Part shown: piece by piece, positions 11,171 through 23,795 of the stretch
Position numbering within the stretch: the first letter of the stretch is position 1
How the letters are laid out: each line of letters starts with the position of its first letter
Origin: the human T2T-CHM13v2.0 reference genome, Homo sapiens
Length of the DNA stretch: 64,000 nucleotides
Assembly (NCBI RefSeq): GCF_009914755.1
Contig: NC_060927.1
Strand: one strand, 5' to 3'
Position numbers and translations under genes: made by a program
Notes under the pieces: generated by a model
Told to the model about the DNA's origin: nothing
Databases searched by the model: none
The model's input: the letters and a program-made list of their open reading frames with translations, nothing else

Positions 11171-13275
11171 AAAGCACATGTATCTGTAAATATTTTAACC
11201 CGAACAAAAGGCTACCAATGAAAGGTCCAGGCTGTGACAACTAACCTAGTAGATCCTCTTCTGGAAAACAAAAGGAAACATTGCTTATCTTGTCAACGGA
11301 AGGGGTTTGCTTATATTAATTCAGGATTTAATAGCAAGCTAAGCCATAGGGAGCTGCTGTCATAATGAAAAACTCCACTAGAGTCCTCCTGGAAAAGGTA
11401 CTTCTGATGTAAAAGACCTCAGGGAAAGGTTTCTAGAGAATCCATAATTAAATGTCACATCATGGCAAGGGCAGAGGAAAAAAAATGACTCTATTTGGAA
11501 AATGGCAAAATATAAATGTCTGGTCAAAATATTTTCGTGCCTTATTTAAAATAAGGCTGACGTTCTTCCTAGTACTCTAGAGTTTCAGTTAACCATCCTC
11601 AGTAAATAAACCATTTGTTAACAAAACAAAGGTTGTAAATGCGCTTCTACTTTGCATGGCAAGATAATGCCCATGGAAATTCCTAATTTCTGGGTGGAAT
11701 TCTTTCATTCTGAGTTGATGGACTGGAAAAAGCTTAACAGATTGCTGCACTACTGATTCATTTCCTAACAGACAGTTTAAACTATATTGGGGATGAGATC
11801 ATTGTAACTGTTTTCCCATTTTCCCTAATTTAGTTTATTTATTTAAAAAAGAAAGAGTATAGGGGAGAGGAAACAAACCTTAGTTTAAATTTTGGTTGTG
11901 TAGCCTCAGAAGAGACTATTAAGATTCAAAAATAGATAATCCTTCCAGATGGGTCCAACTCATTGCAATAAGAACATAAAACATAAAGGACAGTAAATTA
12001 GCACACAGTACTTATCCCTGGAGTCTGCCATATGAGCTAACCAATGGAAATTACTGGTATATATGGAACGAGACAGTTAGTTAGAAGGAACTCAGTGATT
12101 TTGTGCTATATTAAGTCAAATCATACATTAGGGATAATAGAAAAATTATGAATTCTCTGTTATTTAACACTGGATTCCTACATTCATCACCTGTTTAAGC
12201 AAATTAAACAGTAAAAGAATGGACCATATTTTGCACATAGCACATTGTAGGATAGTATTTTGCACAGAAAAAATAAGGCTCTTTTGATCAAGTCCAGACC
12301 TGCCAATATAAAACCCATATCTTGGCCAAAGTTCTCCCTCATGCCCTCCCATACCCCTGTTCCAAAGAAGTACTGATTAGAAAGAGAAGAAAATAATTAT
12401 AGACAAACAGAAAGAAAAATTTGAAGAAAGGAGTAAAAAAAATTACAGCGAGGTTTAGAAAGTTGAGAATATGCAAAAGAAAAGTTATGGTGACAGGCAA
12501 TGACATCTAAAAGGAAAATGTGCTTGTTTTTGCTCACACCATAGTTTATAGGCAAGGAAGCAATCATGTGTTTAATTCTTGGATGATGAAAGATTTTGGA
12601 ATTGAAAAATAAAAGGAAAGGATAAATTGTTCTCGAAAACTAGAAAAGCCATGCGTAAGGTGGAGAAGGTAAGGGCTTGCTAGCACTGACAAAGAAGGAC
12701 CAAATGAAAGTAGATGAGATGTGAAATCAAGGAGTCAGACTATCTTCTGTGACAATTTCAAAGCCTACAGAAAAAACAGCTTTGACTTTATAAAACACGC
12801 AAAGTATTATTAGCATACAAAATTAAGCGTTTATGAAAACTCTTAGCATATAGGTATACAATTAGTTATCAGAATGCCTAAATACATGGAAGTTTGATTT
12901 AGTCAACATTTTATAAACTAATAGAACCTAAAGAAGATAGTTACCAGTACATAAGTATTACATCTTAAATATTGTTAGAATCAGTGCAGTAATAATCCAT
13001 TAACTTGCTGCTTGGATTCCATTAAGTGGTATCAATTTTATTCTGTTGCCTGGCATGGCATCTGGCACAGAGCAGACAATCAAGAGCCATTTCTTGAGTT
13101 AACATATAATTTCTAGCCCAGGGCCATCATAGAAAAATTGATATTATAGACTTAACGCCCAGGAAATATTTCTTATATACCTACTATGTGCCAGGTAAAA
13201 GGGACACACTGATGTTCCAGGGAACTGATAGTCTTTGAAGTGGCATACATGGGCTCCTTAGCATCTTCCTACTAA

Positions 13276-13607
<332 letters not shown>

Positions 13608-14249
13608 ATGCTATATCAGCTTTCTGACTCATGGAAACATAATCATGATCCAGCTAAGGAAGTACAAGTTACAAAGACTGAGAAAACGAAGAAAACTTCT
13701 GTCCCTGAGGAAACAGAATGTGTTCATACACTGCGTCCCCGTAATGTACGCTCCTTTGTTGGAAGCTGGCCTTCCCACCCCCTCTAGGCCCTCTGGTGAA
13801 TAAGCAAAACCAGTCTCACTCTAATTTTTACATCAACTAAGTTGCAGAAATGTCAGTTCATTCTGTGATGTTCTCTATTTTTTTCTGAAATAAGATTTGT
13901 TTCTTCCTTCCCTCTGCTTTTCCAGGAATCCATTCTTCTCCTTCTCTCCAAGGATAACTATACTACAATTTCTTAAGAATGTATAGTATATCTATTTTCC
14001 CTTTACAAGGCTGCAGGCAGTTTTATTTTGAAGCTAAAACTCATGGAATTATCAAGAAGGACACTGGGGAAGAAGAGAGAGGGATGTGATTAGGAGAACT
14101 CAGATTCTCTTTTAATATTAGGGCTGATGTCGCTGTACTAGGTAATAAATATGTAAATTTTCTGTTTGCCCCAATTGATTAAATGTAATTAACACCTGTT
14201 CTAAAATACTTTGTTTTCCTTAATGAAAAAAAGTGAAATGTTTTTCAAG

Positions 14250-14375
14250 CTTCTACTATATTCTATACATTTTATATGCAATGTCTCAACCTTTATTATG
14301 ATCTTTTTAGGTAGCTTGTATATTCCCATGTCATAGATGAAGAAGCTGAGTGTCAGAAAGATTAAGAGATTTCTT
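14250..14375 (-). mobile_element. MIR fragment
   Basis: TATTCCCATGTCATAGATGAAGAAGCTGAGTGTCAGAAAGATTAAG is the antisense MIR core. Confidence 0.6.
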
Positions 14376-15879
14376 TAATTTCTTTCTTATGCCTAGATAT
14401 ATTATAGCTATATTCTAAGCCTTTATATTTTCCTTCATAACATGTTTTTGGTCATTTAAGAAAACAAGTATTTCATTTTTATATGACATTTTGATGCAAC
14501 AAATTTCCCCTGAGAGTTCAGTCTACATTTCTTTTTTACTTTCGATTTGTGCTAGACATTTTTGCAAGGGAGCAAAAGTTGTAATTTGTTTTCCATGAAA
14601 GTGGCCCTGGTTTTTTCATATTAGTTGACGTTTTAGGGATGTGTTTCCATTGTTTATCCCTAAGAAAAGCAGAAAATACATTTCTTTCATGCTATTTTGT
14701 CTAAGTTATTCCTCCAGATTTGAGGGGGTTGTTTGTATTATGTCTATAAAATTATTTGCATGTACTTGTATTTAAATACATACACCCATAATCTTCAATA
14801 TAGAGATTGCCTGGCTAGACCTATGTCTTAATAACAACTGCATTGCTACAGAAGGCCAGTGTAGGCAATTATTCGCTTTCCTCAATATGCTGAGGCTACC
14901 AAAACTTGCATGGAACAGCTATTGAGACCTTTCTCTTGATGGAAGTTTTCTACTGTTGACCCTTAAAGACTCATAATAAACTCACACTTCAGCAATAGAT
15001 GGTAACAGTTAAGTTCTACGTTCTAAATTTGATTTATTTTTATCATTAATGTTTGATAATGGCTTTAATATTTAAAATCATGCAAGCATCTAACAAGTTG
15101 TAACATGTACGGAATTCTGAGTAGCTTGTCCTAGAGTGTAGTCTAAATTATGTTTTCTGTGAGAATGATTTCGTAGTGACTAAGCACCAGCAGCTCAAGG
15201 GACAAATACAGCATTTACTCTATTATATTATATTATATTTTCTTCTTTGAACAGCTGCTACTTATTATTCATACTACTTCAGTGTCACTGTTAGTGCTTT
15301 CTACTATCAAATATATCACAGCATTTGCTCACATTTTTGCCTCTTTCACATAGAATTTGAGAAGAAAAGAAAAACAGGACATTTTCTTTTTAGAATTTCC
15401 TCTTTTTCTTCAGCCTTTGAAAATGGTATTGCTAACATTCTGTTTTCTATGTCTAAGTGGAAAATGTTTCATCCTTGCTGAGGTTACAGGGATGAAATAA
15501 CAGTAGCAGCAAGCTACTGGCCTTTCATTGGACAGTTCGTTGGGGAGGGAGTGGGGATTGTTCAACTGACTCTGGAACTCTGGATGGGGTTCCCCATCTC
15601 TCCCTCAGGGTTAACTTCAGTCCATATAATTGCTTTAACTGCCTGCAGAGTTCAATGTTCAGAGACAGACACTTGGATTTCATTTATTCTAAGTTTAATG
15701 TTTTATACAGTAAAACATGTCAGAGGAGGCAGTTGTCAATACTCCAATTTCTGAACACTACATATCACAACTTTTTAAATTTAAAATGACTTTATAAATT
15801 CAGACAAATAACTCATTATAAATTCAAAATAACTAGTTAGAAATTCAGACAAATTTCTGTTACATAAAGATATAACATG

Positions 15880-16100
15880 ATATAGTAAGGGAAGGTAAAA
15901 ATTGCATGGATTGGGGCCAAACTAATCAACATTTATATCTGTGCTTTATCCACTTTAGTTATGAAACCTAAAACCATTAATTTTATTCTCTGAAATTCAA
16001 TAGAATGGGAATAAGAAGATTCAACTTGAAGGGTTGTCATGAGAAATATATAACACATCAGAACAATGGATGCTACTCAATAGGTGTTCAAAAAGTGTTT
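15880..16100 (+). mobile_element. MIR fragment
   Basis: GATATAGTAAGGGAAG...TCTCTGAAATTCAATAGAATGGGAATAAGAAG...AGGGTTGTCATGAGAA...TAGGTGTTCAAAAAGTG. Confidence 0.5.
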
Positions 16101-16129
16101 TTCTTCCCTTCCTTTTCTTCCTCTTCCTT

Positions 16130-16430
16130 TACACAACATTTATTGAATGCCCAGACACTATGCTTAATTTAAGGAGGCAATGATAAGTAAAAGCAGATGC
16201 ACTCTCTGCTCACTGGGAGCATATTTCCTAGTGAGGAAAACTATGATAAAGAAACAATCAAGAAAATAGTGAGACACTCTCACTGGAGCAGGTGCTGCAG
16301 AAAGGAGGGACAGAGAACAGCATATTTTAGAAGGATTTGAACCTGTCACAAAGATCTGGAAAGACTTCTGTGAAAAGGTAACAACGTAGCTGAGATCCGA
16401 GAGATAAGTAGGAGTTAAATAGGCAATATC
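16130..16430 (-). mobile_element. L2 3' fragment
   Basis: CAACATTTATTGAATGCCCAGACACTATGCT...CTCTCTGCTCACTGGGAGCATATTTCCTAGTGAGG...GAAAGACTTCTGTGAAAAGGTAACA. Confidence 0.6.
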
Positions 16431-17399
16431 TTCACTACCACCACCGTTAGAAAGCATGATTGTGTGAACACTAAGCTTCCTTTAATTGTTCAGAGAAGTA
16501 AAACCTGCCAAAAATTTTGTAAATCATTAAATTTTGCTATGTATCACATCCTTATCTTTCCTTCTCCCTTTCCCTATGATCTCACCTTTGGTTTCTTGTG
16601 GAGGCCACTGATTGGCAGTGGTACTAAAAAAGCTGTTATTTATTTATTTTTTTTTTTGACATCTTTGTTGCTCTGCTGGGATGGATCTGATATATCTTAT
16701 TCTGCTACCGTGTATACCAACAGCAGAATCACACTGATCACTCTTTGTCCGCACTGTCAACTTCAGTTGTTCCCAACATTGTTAATAGACCGCCTATCTT
16801 TCCTTGCACTTAACTGAAACTAAGAGGTACTGTTGGATCCATGATGCACATTCTTAATGGCTCATCCCTAACCAGAACTGATGAGCCTTCTGTATGGAGC
16901 AGACCGTGGCAAACAAGCACAATGGCAGTTGTTTTCATCATCTATTGTGAAGTGTCTATAGAACTTAGTGACTTGATGTCAGCTCTTGCCATATTTTCTG
17001 TGCTCAGAGATGCCGTGCTTGTGACTAATGTCCTCATTACAGATTGAATGAAGAAAAAAGGGAAACGGAGAGCAGATGACAGCCTTCCCCATCCACTGAA
17101 AGAACATTCTTTTCCTTTCTTATCTCCATGAACTCACCCCCAAAATGTTACCAGACATCATTTTTTTAAAGTAGTAGATCCTTGGAGATCCTAGTTTATG
17201 CTAATTGCATCAGCATTAAGCAATTTACTAATTTAATTAAATAAATTAATTAGCTTATATTTTTTACCTAAGTACATCTAAAGCTTTTTTTTACGAGAAA
17301 GAGTTGGTTATTTATTTATTTTAAACAGACAAAAGTTCAAGCAAACTTACAAACACCCGTGTAGTATCAGTAATGAGAATAGGGAGGAAGGTAGTATAC

Positions 17400-17810
17400 A
17401 TTGTTTGAGACTGAAAGGAATTTTAATTGATGATCATCAGCCCCACACCTAACATTTTATAGATGAGATTATATGGCTTGCCCTAGATCACACTGCAGGT
17501 GTTTAGGGAAATCTCCAAGCATCAGGCTAGGTGTTTGGATGCAATATGCCATGGCTATTGGTGGCCCAGTTACCTAGTTCCAGGGAACAGATACTCCAGA
17601 AAGAAGCGGTCTGATTTCTTTGTCTTTATTTTGACAAAGGATAATTTGAATCATGGACTATTAGTTCAAAAGGAATTTCAGATAACCATAAGTTAGAAAC
17701 ATTCACTTCACAGATAGGGAAACTGAGGCTTACATCATTGCAATCACTTATCCAAGTGTGTAACTGGTTTGCAATCAGGACACTGGACTTACTCAAAACT
17801 ACCTTAGTGT
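17400..17810 (-). mobile_element. Two MIR fragments (~17400-17500 and ~17640-17810)
   Basis: CATTTTATAGATGAG...GGCTTGCCCTAGATCACACTGC and CTTCACAGATAGGGAAACTGAGGCT...CACTTATCCAAG are antisense MIR cores. Confidence 0.55.
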
Positions 17811-17962
17811 TCACTGAATGCCCTCTCTAAGTGAGGCATTGTACTGGACAGTAGATTATAAAGGTAATTATAAGGATTTTCTCTCTCAGGATTGACAGCT
17901 TGTTTTCCTGGTTCCTAGGCAGCAGAAAGGAATGAACAGTTTATACCCACCTATTAATCTTA

Positions 17963-18105
17963 GGCTGCGCTTGGTGGCATGCACCTGTAATACCAGTTAT
18001 TTGGCAGGCTAAGGTGGGAGGAGCCCTTGAGCCTTGGAGTTCAAGATCAGCCTGAGCAACCTAGTGAGACCCTATCTCAAAACAAAAACAAACAAGCAAA
18101 AAAAA
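17963..18105 (+). mobile_element. FLAM_A (free left Alu monomer)
   Basis: Single monomer GGCTGCGCTTGGTGGCATGCACCTGTAATACCAG...GGAGGAGCCCTTGAGCCTTGGAGTTCAAGATCAGCCTGAGCAACCTAGTGAGACCCTATCTC followed directly by an A-rich tail. Confidence 0.8.
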
Positions 18106-18590
18106 GTTAAAAAAATTTATCTCATTTTATGGGTATCCCCATTAAAATATTTCATTTTCTGTTCTTATTCTCAAGATAAAGTTTAAAATGCTTAGCTAGA
18201 CTCTATATGACCTTTTACACTTGGCCCTTTGCTTCCTAACACTCCTGACTCATCTCCTAATCCTCTCTCCTCCACTTACTGACCTCCAGTCATTCAAGCC
18301 TTGTCCCGGTCTCTAGCTTGTATCAGGACTTCCTTGCTGTTTCCTCTAATGAGTCAGAATTCGAGTCTGAGTCTTAAAGCCCTTCACGAAAACCATTCTT
18401 GACTGTCTACACTAGATTAAGTCTGATTTGTCACATGCTATTATAGAACATTCTGACATGTCCTCTACAGTCACAGATATAAAAATATAGTTATTTATGT
18501 AATTATTTGTTCAAGATCTGTCCTTGTCACCAGAAGATAAGTAATCTCCATGAAACAGGAATCATCTTTTTATTCAATATAACACCTTTA

Positions 18591-18868
18591 GGCTGGGGGT
18601 GCTAATCTCAGCACTTTGGGAGGCTGAGGCAAGAGGATCACTTGAGGCCAGGAGTTCAAGACCAGCTTAGGTAACATAACAAGATCTTCTCCCTACTAAA
18701 AGTATATATACGTAAAAAATTAGTTGGGCATGGTGTCTTGCACCTTGCATCTGTAGTCCCAGCTACTAGGGAGGCTGAGGCAGGAGAATAGCTTGAACCC
18801 AAGAGTTTGAGGCTGTTGCACTCCAGCCTAGGGTCTCCAGAGCAAGACCCTGCCTCAAAAAGAAAAAA
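18591..18868 (+). mobile_element. AluJ with internal deletions
   Basis: GAGGATCACTTGAGGCCAGGAGTTCAAGACCAGC and GAGTTTGAGGCTG (J-type). Short segments near the 5' end and in the right arm (GGCTG joined to TTGCACTCCAGCC) are missing. Confidence 0.9.
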
Positions 18869-18869
18869 T

Positions 18870-18912
<43 letters not shown>

Positions 18913-19227
18913 ACGTGTGTATACCACGTGTATACGTGTGTGTGTATATATATGTATATGTATATATGTGTGTCTGTTTTTGAGACAGCGTCTCAAAACA
19001 ATATATATATAATATATATATCTTTAAGTATATATATTTAAATATATATATCTTTAAGTATATATATTTAAATATATATATCTTTAAGTATATATATTTA
19101 AATATATCTTATGTATGTATATATTTATATATACTTATATACATTTTATAATATGTATTTTAATATATATACTTAAATATATATATACTTAAAGATATAT
19201 ATATTTAAATATATATATAATATATTT
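18869..19227. repeat. Compound (CA)/(TG)/(TA) microsatellite with a 30-bp minisatellite and an inverted copy
   Basis: (CA)n at 18879-18914, then (TG)/(TA). AATATATATATCTTTAAGTATATATATTTA x3 at 19011-19100; reverse-complement copy at ~19180-19217. Confidence 0.9.
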
Positions 19228-19573
19228 AGTACATAAAACAGAGCCTGGCACATATTTAGAATATCAAAAAGTATTTGGTTAACGTCTGCATAAGTGAATC
19301 CATCTTTCTTAGGATGGTTTGTCCCTGCATTGTTGATTGGCAAGCAAAAGTCCTGTTCGAATCTCAAGGGTATATTTTTTCTTCGCAATCTTTTCCACAT
19401 TCTTTAAGAGATACTTTTTATGCACTTTTCACTTAGTGACACATATTTCCTTTTTACCTGATGACTAAGATTGAGTATTCAAAAAGGAATGATATACTCT
19501 TTGTTCCAAAGCAATTGAAAGTCTTGTTCATTTAGGGACTAGGGTATATGCAGCCATTGGACTATGATGTTAG

Positions 19574-19907
<334 letters not shown>

Positions 19908-21099
19908 TGAAAACATATATTTAGGAGCGTAAAATCTAGTAAATATTATTTGTTGATGTAGTACTTATCCAGAAATAACTGCATTGTTTTACTTTTGTTG
20001 TAAGACTCAAGAAAGATTTTATCAAGAAGGAAGCAGGTAAAAGAAAATTTCAAGTGTGGAAGATAGATAACAGTTGATCCCTTAGATTTACTCTTGCTGC
20101 TGACTTCCTTGTTTGTACAGGCAGAACATTACATCTGAACACATAGGGGCAGAGGAAGTTGCAATGGAGAAATACTATCTACTGGGTATGTGCAGAACAA
20201 CTAGACTTCTGATGACAGCTTCTGGGAAGAAAATGTTGTAATGGGAAAGGTCTTCCCTAGAGCTGTCCACAATGTGTGTAAGAAGAAACTGGTTGGATTT
20301 TAAAATCTCTGTATAAACATACATTGTTTGCCATTCAGTATCTAAATAAGGGAGGATGAAAAAGGATGAATGCAAGAAATTGGCCTCATGGTGACTGCCT
20401 AATTTACATGTTATCACAACATCCAGATGTAATATAAACAAACAAACAAAAGGTTTCTCCATAACATCACCTGTAAGTTACTGAAAACTGCTTGTCTTTG
20501 GTCTTGGTCTTTTGACTTTTCATCTGGAGTATTCAGCTATGTAGATATCTTCTTATCTATCAGTTTGGAAGATTTGCATCTCAGTAGTTTATCTGAAAGC
20601 TACATTTGTAGATCAAGCCTACTGTTTGAGTAAGGTTGCTTATTTATTTGAAGAAGTTTGGGTTGCAGCAAGGTGAAACTGATTGAAATAATAAGGTGGC
20701 TACACCTTGATACTACCCCTGGATATAGAGAATTCAGGTTGTTAGTGGTCTTATGATTTCAAAGTAGGTGCGTCATTATATGCACATAGCATGACTGAAT
20801 TCATTATGAAGGAAAAAAAGCAGATCTGTTCAAATGCATGCTTATGTCTCATTTGCATTTTCTGTATGCTTGATGCCATCATTTATCGGTGAATACAGTG
20901 AAAATATAAGGCAGAGAACCCTATAATTTGATTAAGTGTACAAACTATCTTGAAAAAATGTTTATCTCACTCACGCTTTTTGTTTTTTAGCCTAAAGACC
21001 TTTTTGCTATAACTTAGAAAGGAAACTTAGCATAAAGCCACAGTTTAAAATAACAAGATGATTTATGGCCTGCTAGATTTCCAAAGTCATTTTTTATGA

Positions 21100-21250
21100 T
21101 CAAATAGTTCAGTCAAAGGACTGAACAGGTGTCAGGAGCCCTATTGGCCCCAGGCAGATCAGTTTGTCTTTCTAGGCCTCAGTTTCCTCATTTATAAAAT
21201 GAGAAGATTGTTCTAGCGAAATAATCTTGAAGATACTCTTCTAAATATAA
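21100..21250 (+). mobile_element. MIR (MIR3/MIRc-like) fragment
   Basis: Core TCTAGGCCTCAGTTTCCTCATTTATAAAATGAGAAGATTG. Confidence 0.7.
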
Positions 21251-23559
21251 TAAGCATTTTTTGTTTGGTTACATGATGTGAGCATTTGGCACTTTGCTGA
21301 CAAATTTAATCAATCTAGACAAATGGCTTGAATGCCAATCAATCAAACCGTAACTGTTAATTTAATTAACTAGAAAGACTCCCCTTCCAAAATAAAAGGT
21401 CAGCTTTCCAGTTTGAAACAATATCAGAGATCTTTATTCCACATGTAGAAATCATTTCCTTAAATAGTGCTTCTAACCAAAAAAAAAATAATATTAACGT
21501 ATACACATACACATTGTAAAATATTTCTCTTCTAACAAAAATTATTATAACCTATTAAACATTACTGTCACTCTTTAGTGATGACTAATACATATTAATT
21601 GAAAGCAGAATGAAGTGCTCTTCCATTACCTGATTTTCTGGGAATAACTCCCTTTGTAACAGGGTGACTATATTACATTCCAGTCTTCCTAAAGCACATT
21701 AATTTGGGCAGTTAACGTTCCTGGTAATTATTGGATACTTTTCACTTATTCACTCTCACGTGAAGGTAAACAGTTCCCAAACTAAGTAAAAGTGTGATGA
21801 AGTTTGTCCCCTATTCATGCCTCTGTGCTTTTCCTCTTCTGGTCAGAAATTTGTCCAGCTGGAAATTTGCAGACCTAAACGGAGTTAATTCTGTTATCCC
21901 ATCATAGGCTTCCTTCCCTGGTGGATGCTGTCCTGCCCTGATTCGCCCTGTACCAAAGCAATCTTCCTCAGCTCCTTATCTCCTTCATATAGGCAGATCT
22001 ACCCTCTCCTATCCCTTATAGCCCTGCTCATTATTTTGGACTTTCTACTGAAGCCTTTTTCATGTTGTCCAGGCTATGTGACTGTATTTTACTTCGTGTT
22101 AGTGATAATTTATTACCATAGCAACACTTTCCTCATGGCTTACACCATACCCTTATGATTCCTGTGTTTGTTTTAAAGTCAGATAATGAAGTTTCTGGTG
22201 AGAGTATGTCACTGAATTACATCACCTTTGCAAATTGGAGGTTACTGAGCTAAGATAGAAAACTCATTTCCTTTGCATTGTCAGAGTATTCTATTTGGTA
22301 TTTAACAAAATGTAACAAAACATTAGCTTACAGATTGAATGGATTTGCCAATTTTCTAAGAACTTGAACACAGGTACAAGTAGTAGTGGATATGTATCAA
22401 AATAATTTTATGTCTATTGAGAATTCAGAATGCATTTCTGTGCCTCAAAGTAATCATTATGCACACTAATTATTGTTGTACACTGCAGAAATAGTGGTTA
22501 GTAGAGGTTTCTTTTGATAGAAAGGCAGATAAATCAACTTCTCTGTCATTAATTCTTTAGATGATGAATAATCCTTTTATGCAAATGCTTGTCTTCCTGC
22601 AGTGTACATTAAGGTCTAAACTCCAGCTCTGTTATGATGTGTGGAAGAAAATTCAAAGCCGAAAAAGTTCTTTGTAATGCACTTGACCCTGGGATCATTA
22701 GAACATTTCAGCACAACTTAACTGCTGGTAGAAAGAACAGTGCTTTAGAAGAGCTAAGTAAGGTAGTTGTATCCAAAAAATTTAAAAACTCACATTAAAC
22801 TATTACCCTATTTCTGCAGGGTATAATAGGAACACATTTCAAAAAACAAATAAAAGGTCAGGTGTTTAGCCATGTGACAAATGTGTTTTTTGAAACTGTG
22901 GATTCCAGTCACAAACTATAGAAGTATAGCTTCAAGTTTTGAATTATGATTCCAGGGTCACCTGAGTAGGCGCACATCTATAATAGGACTATACTAGTTA
23001 AGATAATGTTTGTGCATAGATACACTATTTGCTTTTTTTGAAAAGAAAATAACTGATATAATCCAGTTTCAAATATCCTAAGAATTCTTCATTTCCACCT
23101 GTTCCTTGCCATGGAGGATCATAGAAACATATAGTATGTTTATCAATTATTTAATATATAAAGATATATAGCCGTAACTTGTTGATTTAATCTAACATTG
23201 ATTAATTTTCTCAAACTTAACAAACTAGTTTTACTTCAATCCATTTTTATTTGCCATGCGTTGTAAAAGTAAAAACATGTGAGTATAGCTATTATTTCTC
23301 CCTAAATATAAGTGTGGTGGATCTATTTACCCAACTCACTCAAACAGGCCTTAAGTAAGTTACCTTTGGAAGTGAGGCCTTGTTATGCTAATAATCAGAC
23401 AGACAGAGTAAGACAGAGATTTCCAAGCAAGGATGAACAGTCTAGATAAGCAAATCAACAATTTTGTTGTGTACAAGGAAAGATGAGAATATCCTTAAAA
23501 CAGAATAACAGCACAGCAAAACCATAGAATGTGAAGGTTTAAGGGGGCTTGGGAATAAA

Positions 23560-23795
23560 ATATAGTAATAGCTACTAAGCACTACTCCAGACACTATGCT
23601 AAGAGCTGTACCTATATTATCTTATGCTATTCCCACAATCATCCCTCAAGTTAAGTTTACTTTTCCTATTTTACAGATAGGAAGCTAAGGATTAAGGAGT
23701 TAATTAGCTTGACTCAATTGACACATCTAGAAAATCACAGAGCTGTGATTTGAATCTTTTTCTGACTCTGAGGCCTGTGCTTGTTAAAACACAAT
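23560..23795 (-). mobile_element. MIR, near full length
   Basis: CCAGACACTATGCTAAGAGC...CCTATTTTACAGATAGGAAGCTAAGG...GATTTGAATC...TCTGACTCTGAGGCCTGTGCTTGTTAA. Confidence 0.8.

Larger units (their letters stand above)
18130..19290 (+). mobile_element. L2 3' fragment split by an AluJ and an AT-rich repeat
   Basis: CTCAAGATAAAGTTTAAAATGCTTAGC...GTAATCTCCATGAAACAGGAATCATC before the Alu; resumes AGTACATAAAACAGAGCCTGGCACATATTTAGAATATCAAAAAGTATTTG after ~19228. Confidence 0.6.

Noticed and set aside
13647-13787. Charged, protein-like frame (PAKEVQVTKTEKTKKTSVPEETE...) with a few CpGs
   Set aside because: No start codon or convincing splice sites, and no recognisable homology.
19011-19100. 30-bp direct repeats as a CRISPR-like array
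   Set aside because: The units are contiguous with no spacers and sit in primate DNA; this is a minisatellite.
22603-22757. Plus-strand acceptor/donor pair (CTTCCTGCAG ... TAA/GTAAGG)
   Set aside because: Stops in all three frames and only a modest donor; indistinguishable from a pseudo-exon.
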